A DNA stretch of 64,000 bases from Candidatus Poribacteria bacterium (GTDB lineage Bacteria; Poribacteria; WGA-4E; WGA-3G), in NCBI GenBank assembly GCA_965205025.1, contig CBDBFU010000009.1:1-64000 (forward strand), read 5' to 3'. This document shows, piece after piece, positions 55,262-64,000 of this stretch (within the stretch, counting starts at the first letter, position 1; every line of letters starts with the position of its first letter). The notes below the pieces were generated by a model. The model searched no databases, had not been told where the DNA came from, and worked only from the letters and a program-made list of their open reading frames with translations. Position numbers and translations under genes: made by a program.

Positions 55262-56092
55262 ATGAAAAAAGACATTGCTTATCTACTGACCAAGAAACAG
55301 CAAAAACAACCAATAACTGTACTGACATGCTACGATTACCCAACTGCCTGTTTGCAGGATGCAGCTGAGATTGACATTGTTTTTGTCGGGGATAGTGTTG
55401 GAACCAATATCCTCGGCTATAAAAGCGAGATGGAAGTGACAATGGCAGATATGCTACATCACCTCAAGGCAGTCCGACGCGGTGTTACAAATGCCTATCT
55501 ACTCATAGATATGCCTTATGCTTCTGATCGTAATCCCAAACAAGCTATAGCTAACGCCAACCTATTCTTAGATAATGGCGCGGATGGTGTAAAACTGGAG
55601 GGTGGTACAGAGAAAGTTCACATTATAGCTGCCCTTACTGAACAGGATATAGAGGTATGTGCTCATATTGGGTATAATCCACAGATTCATGGGACTGTAG
55701 CAGTGACCTATGGAAAAACGGTTGCCAAAGCAAAAAAGTTAATTCAAACCGCTGAAGCACTTACAGATGCAGGTGCAAAACTCATAGTCCTTGAGAAAAT
55801 CACTGAAGAGATTAGCGAAATCATCACAGATACCCTTACTATTCCTACTATTGGGATAGGTGCAGGTAGGTTTTGTGATGGGCAAGTGCTCGTTATCAAC
55901 GATATATTAGGTATGGGTCCACCCTTCAAACATGCTCAACGTTATCAGGATTACGATCATCTCACCTTTGAGGCAATATCGCAATATATAAACGACGTAG
56001 AAAACCGAGATTTTCCAAGAGATGAGAATGTCTCTCACATCTCCGCTGACAAGTTAGCACGCGTTCAGAAGTGGTTGGAGGTAAAACAATGA
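55262..56092 (+). CDS. panB: 3-methyl-2-oxobutanoate hydroxymethyltransferase
   Basis: LTCYD, VGDSVG, DMPY, VKLEGG, HIG, IGIGAG..CDGQVLV. Confidence 0.95.
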   Translation: MKKDIAYLLTKKQQKQPITVLTCYDYPTACLQDAAEIDIVFVGDSVGTNILGYKSEMEVTMADMLHHLKAVRRGVTNAYLLIDMPYASDRNPKQAIANANLFLDNGADGVKLEGGTEKVHIIAALTEQDIEVCAHIGYNPQIHGTVAVTYGKTVAKAKKLIQTAEALTDAGAKLIVLEKITEEISEIITDTLTIPTIGIGAGRFCDGQVLVINDILGMGPPFKHAQRYQDYDHLTFEAISQYINDVENRDFPRDENVSHISADKLARVQKWLEVKQ

Positions 56093-56164
56093 TATATCTC
56101 TTCTATCCAAAAACACCGTAAGTATCCTTTTCGTTAGGTAGAATCTCCAAAACCCATCTATTGT

Positions 56165-56387
56165 TACTATAGTTTGGACATTTTCTGAGAGATGCTTAAC
56201 CTATTTCTAATTGTTTCTGGTTTTTCGCTACGTTTCTTACACCAATCCAACTCTGAGTAAAACAAACTTGGATGCACCAAACGATAGCCCCAGCGGGGCG
56301 GAATGTGTGTAGAAACGTCAAGCCACCCAAGGTCCAAGCCCCAGCGGGGCGAAATGTGTATCGTTTAAAACTGTCTAAACTATAGTA
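56165..56387. mobile_element. IS630/Tc1-type MITE carrying a REP doublet
   Basis: TIR TACTATAGTTT(G/A)GACA; inner GCCCCAGCGGGGCG twice. Confidence 0.7.
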
Positions 56388-56449
56388 TTGTTAAGAAACG
56401 TATTTGGCATTGATTTAGTTCTACAATACGACTGACTCATCCTACAAAA

Positions 56450-59200
56450 TCACTTCTCATGTTCCCATAAGATCATAGTTCCATCCGCACTTCCACTTGC
56501 GATGGTTTTTCCATCTGGGTTAAACACCACACTTTGAACCGAATCTTTATGTCCAGATAGGGTACGGATATGTTCACCTGTTTCAACATTCCATAGACGG
56601 ATGGTTCTATCATGACTTCCACTTACGATTGTTTTCCCATCTGGACTAAAAGACACACCACGAACATTACTCGTATGTCCAGATAGAGTACGGATATGTT
56701 CACCAGTTACCACATCCCATAGACGAATGGTGTCGTCCGAACTACTACTTGCAATGGTTCTTCCATCCGGTTTAAAAATCACTCTTATAACCGTATCTCT
56801 ATGTCCATATAGCGTTCGGATATGTTCTCCCCTTTCAACATTCCACAGACGGATGGTAGTGTCAATACTCCCACTTGCGATGAGACGTCCATCTGGACTA
56901 AACGACACGGTATAGACATTACTCGTATGTCCTGATAAGGTACGGATATGTTCACCTGTTTCAACATCCCATAGACGAATGGTGTCATCTCCACCTCCAC
57001 CCGCTATCATGGTGCCATCTGGACTAAACGATACGCTATCACGCCAACCTCTATACCCCGATATTGTGCGGATATGTTCTCCTGTTTCAACATCCCATAG
57101 ACGAATAGTTCTGTCACTGTCGCTTCCACTGGCAATTATGTTACCAGCCGGGTTATACAAGATACTGTCGATTGAAGCATTATGTCTCGTTGATATTGTG
57201 CGGATATGTTCTCCTGTGTGCGCGTGCCACAGACGGATGTCAAAACCACTCGCACCGATGATTGTGTTTCCATCCGGACTAAAAGAGACACTTCTTACTA
57301 CACGCATATGCTCCGATATTGTGCGGATATGTTCTCCTGTGTGCGCGTCCGACAGTCGGATGCTTTCACCCAGGTTACCACTCCAACCTGCAGTCGCGAT
57401 AGTTATGCCATCCGGACTAAACGACACACTGTCGACCTCACCCCTATGGTGCCAATTTTTGAGATGTGTACCTGTTTGTGTGTGCCACAAACGGGAGGTG
57501 TTGTCCATACTGCTACTTGCGATGAGACGTCCATCTGGACTAAACGACACACTGTACACATCACCTGAATGTTTCGTTAACGTCTGAAGGTGTGTACCAT
57601 CATGTGCGTTCCATAGATGGATTACATTGCCATCACCACCACTTGCAATGATGTTTCCATCCGGACTAAACGACACGCTATTCACATCATCAGTATGTCC
57701 AGATAGGGTACGGATATGTTTACCAGTTACCACATCCCACAAACGGATGGTTTTGTCATTACTTCCACTTACGATTGTCGTGCCATCCGGACTAAACGAT
57801 ACGCTATTCACATCATCAGTATGTCCAGATAGGGTGCGGATATGTTCACCAGTTACCACATCCCACAAACGGATGGTTTTGTCACTACTTCCACTTACAA
57901 TTACTTTTCCATCCGGACTAAATGACACGCTATTCACATCATCAGTATGTCTCAACATAGTGTGGATATTCTCACCAGTCTCTACATTCCAGAGTCGGAT
58001 AGTTTTATCCTTACTTCCACTTGCGATTGTCGTACCATCAGGATTAAAAGACACGCTGAGCACCTTATCCGTATGACCCATGTATAGATTAAGTTCTTCA
58101 CCGGTCTGTGTATTGTAGATCCAAATACCGATTGAACTTGCAACTGCAAACTTAGCGCCATCGGAAGAAAATACTATATCTTTTACATCACCTTTACCAT
58201 GTCGTATTTTTGCCCCTTTAGGTAAATGCCATTTTGTATAATCATGAACAGCTTTATCCACTTGTACTTCTTCAGAAAGTGCAGAAGTATCATTAGGTTG
58301 CAGTTCAGAAATATTATCTTCATTCTGAACATTGACACTGCCAATTTTTATTTTCACATCTGGCTCTACCTCCAAGTTTGCGACTATAGGTGTATCAATA
58401 ATATCAACAGTCATCTCAGTTTTCGCATTAATACTATAAGGTTGCTGAAATCGAATTTGGTATTGATTGTTTCCAAAACCAAGTATAAGTAATACAACTA
58501 TTAACGTGGATGCGGCAGCTGCCAATGGAGCTAAAGGTTTACTACTGGTGGGTGTTGAAACTTTAGTACGCGAAATCTCACCCATGATAGTTTCTGTTAG
58601 ATTCGGGGATATTTGGAAATTATCTAATGCCTCCCTTATGACCGGTTCTTCTTTCTGTAAACGCTGTTGCGCACGGTGAAGTCGACTTTTAACGGTATTG
58701 GCAGAAACACCTAAAAACGCACCAATCTCTTTACACGACATATCACCAAAATAGTGAAGTGTCATGACAGTCCGTTCACTTTCCTTGAGTTTCGCAAGCA
58801 GTTTTTGAACAACATCGCGTTTTGCTTGTCCAGACATACGCTCGTTTTCTTCAACAACATATTCGGAGTACGCTGCTTTTTCTAACTGCTCCTTGTCTGC
58901 CTGCTCAAGATGATCCAATGATTGTGTCTGCAAACGCTTTTTTCGCAGCCATGAACTGCAGCTGTTCGCTGCAATTACATAGAGCCAACTCACAAACTGT
59001 TGAGGCTCCTTCAGGGTTGTCAATCGCTTGTATGCCTTCAAGAATGTATCCTGCGTAATCTCTTCAGCGATATGAAAATCTCCGATTTTTCGCCACGCAA
59101 GCGCGTGAACCTGCTTTTGGTATTTTCTCACAAGCACGGAAAAAGCGTCATCATCGCCTGCAAGGACGCGTTGAATAAGCTTAACATCGTCGTTCTTCAT
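56450..59200 (-). CDS. ECF sigma-70 factor fused via a TM helix to a WD40 double beta-propeller
   Basis: Sigma2 (AEEITQDTFL, FVSWLY), sigma4 (EIG..LG.S..TVKSRLHRA), TM AAAASTLIVVLLILGFG, about 14 WD40 repeats. Confidence 0.92.
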   Translation of the reverse strand: MKNDDVKLIQRVLAGDDDAFSVLVRKYQKQVHALAWRKIGDFHIAEEITQDTFLKAYKRLTTLKEPQQFVSWLYVIAANSCSSWLRKKRLQTQSLDHLEQADKEQLEKAAYSEYVVEENERMSGQAKRDVVQKLLAKLKESERTVMTLHYFGDMSCKEIGAFLGVSANTVKSRLHRAQQRLQKEEPVIREALDNFQISPNLTETIMGEISRTKVSTPTSSKPLAPLAAAASTLIVVLLILGFGNNQYQIRFQQPYSINAKTEMTVDIIDTPIVANLEVEPDVKIKIGSVNVQNEDNISELQPNDTSALSEEVQVDKAVHDYTKWHLPKGAKIRHGKGDVKDIVFSSDGAKFAVASSIGIWIYNTQTGEELNLYMGHTDKVLSVSFNPDGTTIASGSKDKTIRLWNVETGENIHTMLRHTDDVNSVSFSPDGKVIVSGSSDKTIRLWDVVTGEHIRTLSGHTDDVNSVSFSPDGTTIVSGSNDKTIRLWDVVTGKHIRTLSGHTDDVNSVSFSPDGNIIASGGDGNVIHLWNAHDGTHLQTLTKHSGDVYSVSFSPDGRLIASSSMDNTSRLWHTQTGTHLKNWHHRGEVDSVSFSPDGITIATAGWSGNLGESIRLSDAHTGEHIRTISEHMRVVRSVSFSPDGNTIIGASGFDIRLWHAHTGEHIRTISTRHNASIDSILYNPAGNIIASGSDSDRTIRLWDVETGEHIRTISGYRGWRDSVSFSPDGTMIAGGGGDDTIRLWDVETGEHIRTLSGHTSNVYTVSFSPDGRLIASGSIDTTIRLWNVERGEHIRTLYGHRDTVIRVIFKPDGRTIASSSSDDTIRLWDVVTGEHIRTLSGHTSNVRGVSFSPDGKTIVSGSHDRTIRLWNVETGEHIRTLSGHKDSVQSVVFNPDGKTIASGSADGTMILWEHEK
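57659..57960 (-). repeat. Near-identical 126-bp WD40-coding repeats
   Basis: GHTDDVNSVSFSPDG...DKTIRLWDVVTG repeated at DNA level. Confidence 0.85.
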
Positions 59201-59246
59201 TTAGACACCTCGAAAAAATGGTTGCATCACTCTGGTTTTATAAATT

Positions 59247-59276
59247 GTGACGCAACTTGGAAGTGCAACGGGTGCA
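59247..59276 (-). promoter_or_regulatory. Putative autoregulatory ECF promoter
   Basis: TGCACCCGT-N14-GCGTCAC, identical boxes and spacing to 62584-62613. Confidence 0.7.
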
Positions 59277-59617
59277 TAATTCTGCAAATATAAAAGTGTG
59301 TTTACATAAGAAAATTTGAGATTTATTGGTAAATAGGAAATCTAAAGGAAATTATAACGGATTATATTTCTTCTGTTAGTAGAATTATACCATAAATTTG
59401 GTTTCTGGGAAGGATTTTGCAAAAGAAATAGATTTCACAGGAGATTCTTACTCAAAATTTAAGCAAAGTTAGGTTACGTGTGAACCTTTGAAGGACATAG
59501 AGCGGAAGGTGAACTGGCAGTGCCAACCTATTTCTTACACTACCAGTCTTATGTGAGGTGACAAGATTCAACTGCTTTAACGGTGGGGGTTCTGACTGCC
59601 TAAGATTCTTAATTCTC

Positions 59618-62559
59618 CTACCCAGCCGAACTTTTGAGGACTTCATCCCAATCCCACACAAGGATTGTACCATCCTGTCCCGTACTCACAAGCGTTTTAC
59701 CATCAGGTGAAAATACTAACGTTCCTACTGGTTCTGAGTGTCCATCAAGTGTAGTAAGTTTATCTCCAGATTCAATATCCCATAACTCAATTCCACCGTT
59801 CCTAAGTCCACTAACAAGCACGGTGTCATTTGGCGCAAACACTAACGTTTCAACACCTCCGTCAATTTCCCTTAGAAGCGTCAGTTTACTACCTCCCATT
59901 ACGCGAATTCGTTCATTACTTCCTATGGCAAGCAGTGCACCATTTGAAGAAAATGACAATGCTGCAATTGGTTTCCGTAGATTCTGTTCGGTTAGCGAAG
60001 TTAACACAGCACCAGTTTCTACATCCCACATCTCAACCTGTCCTTTCCAAGTTCCACTCACAACCTTCTTCCCGTCCGGAGAGAAGACCAAAGCACTGAT
60101 ACTTTGGAATTGATGTAGTAAGGCGTTGAGGTTTTCACCTGGTGGAAATACCAAAGCACCGTTTTGATCTAACTCCACTTTATCTGATAAAGGGTTATTG
60201 AGAACAGATCCTGTTTCCCTATTCCAAACGCAAACATTACCGAAACTGCTGAAAGCTACCGTTTTACCGTCAGGTGAAAAAGCAATTTCAATTGCTCCAG
60301 GAGGACCACCCATTGTTATCAAGTTTGCCAACTCATGTCCCGTCTGGACATCAGTAAAAATCACATCTCCTTTAGCACCTACGCTGACTAAATGAGATCC
60401 ATCGGACGAAAAAGCTAATCCAGATAACAAATCTTGATGTTTTGTCATCTGGACATCAGATTTTTGCCACGTTTTTAGATCCCAATGGGAAATAATACCA
60501 TTAATCTCCCCACTCAAAAGTGTAGTGTTATCTTTAAAAAAAGCTACTGCTTTCACCCACTCTGTGTGTCCGGTGATACGGGTCGGTAATGCAGCTCCAG
60601 TTTCTATATTCCAGAATCTGACCGTGCCGTCGGCACTACCGCTGACAAGTGTTGTGCCATCGGGTGAAAACGCTAAAGACCTAATTCTGTTTAAATGTCC
60701 AGTGAAAGTTTTGATTGGTTTACCCGTAGCGGTATCCCACAACTGTACGGTCTTATCAGTACTCCCACTGGCAAGCATTTTTCCATCCAGAGAGAATGCT
60801 AACACGCTTATCCGACCTGTGTGTCTTCTAAGGGTGATCGATTCGTCATTACTGGTAGTATCCGATATTAGGACTGTTGTATCCCTACTTCCACTGGCCA
60901 AGATATGTACCATCAGGCGAAAATGCCAGAGCTAATACACGCTTATCTACCTCCAAAGGCAATGGATCTTGATTTTTTCCAAAGAGCTTGCTTGAAATTC
61001 TTCTGAGAATTGTTAACTTTTCTGCATGTCCTCTGAGTGTAGATGTTTTTTTACCAGTCGTCGTATCCCACAACTCGATCCTTCCGTCCGTACCACCGAC
61101 AGCAAATTTATCATGTGTGAGCGCATAAGGTTCAGAATCACTTCGCCGCTTTATCACTTCCCAAGATCGTTCTTGGATCTCCTCCACATTTCCCCTTTTG
61201 GTTTCAATATCTAACTGACCAATTGAGTCTCCCCAATTTCCCAAACTGACAAGTGTTTTTCCATCTTCAGAAAACCGCAGTTCAGAGGCTGGTAAAAGAG
61301 CATTAGGGAGTGACACTTTGTTACCAGTAGCGACTTCCCACAGTTGAAGTTCCTTTCCACGGAATCTACCACCGCTTCCATATCTACCGCCTCCATTGGC
61401 AAGAAATCGTCCGTCAGGTGAAAATGCAAGGGATTGACACATACCAGGGAACATAGTCAATTCTTTCCCTGTTTTAGCATCATAAAGCCATACACCGATA
61501 TTACTACCTACCGCGAGTAGCGTGCCATCTGGTGAAAACTGCATAACATTAATTCCACCCTTTCCTAAACGCGCTTTCGCTGCCTTCGGCAATTCCCACT
61601 TTGTATAATCTTCTGCTATTTCATCTGTTTGCGTCTCTGCAATTGCTGGGGTGGCATCATTAAGTTGCATGTCAGAGTTATTGTCTTTATCCTGTGCGTT
61701 GACATTTCCAATTTTCACCTGCTCATTAGATGTTGATTCTAAGTTTGCGACTATTGGAGCGTCAACGATCTCAATAGACATCTCTGCATTTGCATCTAAA
61801 CTATAAGGTTTTTGAAAACGCGCCAGGTATTGATGGTTTCCAAAACCGAGCATGAGTAACACCACTAATAACGTGGAAGCGGCAGCTGCCCACGGAACTA
61901 AAGGTTTACCACTGGCGGGAGTTGAAATTTTTGTACGAGAAATCTCACCCATGATGGTTTCTGTTAGATTCGGGGATATTTGAAAATTATCTAATGCCTC
62001 CCTTATGACCGGCTCTTCTTTCTGTAAACGCTGCTGAGCACGGTGAAGTCTACTTTTAACTGTATTTGCGGAAACACCTAAAAACGCACCAATCTCTTTA
62101 CACGACATATCACCAAAATAGTGAAGTGTCATGACAGTCCGTTCACTTTCCTTAAGTTTCGCAAGCAGTTTTTTGAACAACATCTTGCTGTGTTTGTACG
62201 GTTATCCGTTCATTCTCTTCAAGCACGTACTCAGAATAAGTCGGTTTTTCACGATGTGTGGTATCTTTATCCTTTAGCAATTGCTTACGTAAATGCTTTT
62301 TTCGTAACCAAGAACTGCAGCGGTTTGTAGCAATCACATAGAGCCAACTCGCAAACTGCTGAGGTTCTTTCAGAGTTGTCAGTTTTTGGTATGCGTTCAG
62401 AAATGTATCTTGTGTAATCTCTTCTGCAGTATGAAAATCTCCAATCTTTCGCCACACCAAAGCGTGAACCTGTTTTTGGTATTTCTCCACAAGTTCCGCA
62501 AAAGCAGTATCATCACCATCAATACTACGATTTATTAATTGTACATCATTGCTTTTCAT
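59618..62559 (-). CDS. Second ECF sigma-TM-WD40 fusion, indels near 62170 and 60900
   Basis: Three ORF fragments are colinear with the paralog; T6 at ~62169-62174 versus T5 in the paralog. Confidence 0.85.
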
Positions 62560-62583
62560 AGATCCCCTCCGATTTACCCTATA

Positions 62584-62613
62584 GTGACGCTATGAATAGG
62601 TGAAACGGGTGCA
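62584..62613 (-). promoter_or_regulatory. Putative autoregulatory ECF promoter
   Basis: TGCACCCGT-N14-GCGTCAC just upstream of the start codon. Confidence 0.7.
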
Positions 62614-62788
62614 GAAATTTGAATGTTAGTATAGATCTACCATTCTGATGGATTTTGGAAATAGTAGCATACTATTGAAAAGTGTATTAAAGATGATATA
62701 TTGCATTATACAAATATGAATGATCTTAGATCCAGCAATGCGATAGAGAGATTATATATAGGAACATGAGAATCATAGAATATATCTT

Positions 62789-64000
62789 TTAAAGGTCCAA
62801 TTTTTCTTCTTCAGTTGAACCTTTAAGAACTTCTTCCCAATCCCATACAAGAATTGTACCGTCATATCCTGAACTAACAAGCGTTTTACCATTAGGTGAA
62901 AATGCCAGCGTCTTCACTGTTGCGGTGTGTCCTCTAAGTGTGGTAAGTTTGTCCCCAGTTTCAATATCCCACAGTTCAATCCCCCCGTCTATCCGACCAC
63001 CACTAACAAGCAATGGACTATCTGGCACAAATACTAATGTCGTTGTACCACTTTCAATTTTCCTCAGAAGCATCAGTTCATTACTTGCCATTACGTGGAT
63101 ACGCCTAGTATTTCCCACGGCGAGCAAAACACCATTTGAAGAAAATGACAATGTTGTAATACGATTCCACTTTGAAATCTGCCCAGTAAACGAAGCTAAA
63201 GCAACACCTCTTTCCACATCCCACATCTCAACATTCCCTTCACTGGTTCCGGTGACAAGTTTATCTCCGTCTGGTGAAAATGCCAAAGCAGTGATCCATA
63301 CATCACCTTGATCCGAATACTGGATATGCCGGATTTTGTTGGTTTCTATATTCCATAATTGAATTTTCCCGTACGAATTACTGTTACTACTAACACCGAA
63401 GACTGCCGTTTTTCCATCAGGTGAAAATGTTAGATCACTTGACCATCTTTCTTCATTGGAACGCGTCTTAGTGATCATCTCACGACCAGTGCTAACATTA
63501 GTCAAGCGAATTAGAAAAGTTCTTCCCAACCGAGAATTCGGGTTGTATTGAAATCCCTTACTGAGGAATTTGGATCCATCAGGTGAAAACGCTGGTAGAG
63601 GATTCATTGCCAAATCCGCTGTATTCTCAAAAGCAGTTTTAGTATGGTGTGTGATTGTTTGTCCTGTCTTGAGATTCCATAAGGTGATAATTCGTGCATA
63701 AGTGGCGCTTGCAAGTGTGGAACTATCATTCATGAAACTTAACGTTCTCACGTCAACGGTGTGTTCTGTAATGTTATGCGGCAACTGATCTCCTGTTTTG
63801 ATATTCCAATATAGGACAGTGCCATCTCTTCTACTTGCACTCGTAAGGGTGCTGCCATCAGGTGAAAACGCTAAATTGTAAACTTTATTAATGTGACCTG
63901 TAAAAGTGGCGAGAGATTCGCCGGTAGCAGCGTCCCACAATCTCACCTTATTGTTGTCTCCACTGGCAAGCATTTTTCCATCCGGCGAGAATACTAACAC
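62789..64000 (-). CDS. WD40-repeat protein, C-terminal part (5' end outside the window); probable third array member
   Basis: C-terminus closely parallels the 59618 gene (GGIELWDIE.GDKLTTL.GH...DGTILVWDW.EVLK). Confidence 0.85.
   Translation of the reverse strand: MLVFSPDGKMLASGDNNKVRLWDAATGESLATFTGHINKVYNLAFSPDGSTLTSASRRDGTVLYWNIKTGDQLPHNITEHTVDVRTLSFMNDSSTLASATYARIITLWNLKTGQTITHHTKTAFENTADLAMNPLPAFSPDGSKFLSKGFQYNPNSRLGRTFLIRLTNVSTGREMITKTRSNEERWSSDLTFSPDGKTAVFGVSSNSNSYGKIQLWNIETNKIRHIQYSDQGDVWITALAFSPDGDKLVTGTSEGNVEMWDVERGVALASFTGQISKWNRITTLSFSSNGVLLAVGNTRRIHVMASNELMLLRKIESGTTTLVFVPDSPLLVSGGRIDGGIELWDIETGDKLTTLRGHTATVKTLAFSPNGKTLVSSGYDGTILVWDWEEVLKGSTEEEKLDL

Noticed and set aside
56727-58076. 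Plus-strand ORFs with repeated PSGLNDTL
   Set aside because: Antisense shadows of the WD40 repeats
56450-64000. Diversity-generating retroelement acting on the WD40 repeats
   Set aside because: No reverse transcriptase or noncoding template repeat in the window; differences are not adenine-specific

Overview
Low-GC bacterial chromosomal window. It most resembles Candidatus Poribacteria, inferred from ECF-sigma/WD40 fusions, LamG and CBM9-like proteins ending in a 'K-L-x-x-T-W-G-x-x-K' tail, dockerin and FlgD/T9SS-like C-termini, and several PhyH, SDR and PQQ-propeller paralogs. Housekeeping genes are dapF (cut by the left edge), dusB, sucC, pgk, archaeal/eukaryotic-type proS, sucD and panB. 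Other genes include two tandem M16C presequence-protease paralogs, a Tat-exported xanthine-dehydrogenase-family operon with an extra small Cys-rich gene, three secreted proteins sharing one N-terminal domain, an Rpn (PD-(D/E)XK) gene and an internally deleted IS630. Intergenic DNA carries several REP-like hairpin families, MITEs and an unexplained dispersed palindromic element. The best candidate for a new system is at 56.4-64 kb: a tandem array of ECF sigma-TM-WD40 one-component sensors with an identical sigma-4 region, divergent propellers and a shared upstream motif TGCACCCGT-N14-GCGTCAC. Many genes, including sucC, are split by single-base indels, several in short homopolymers; these are probably assembly errors. 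No rRNA, tRNA or CRISPR array was seen.
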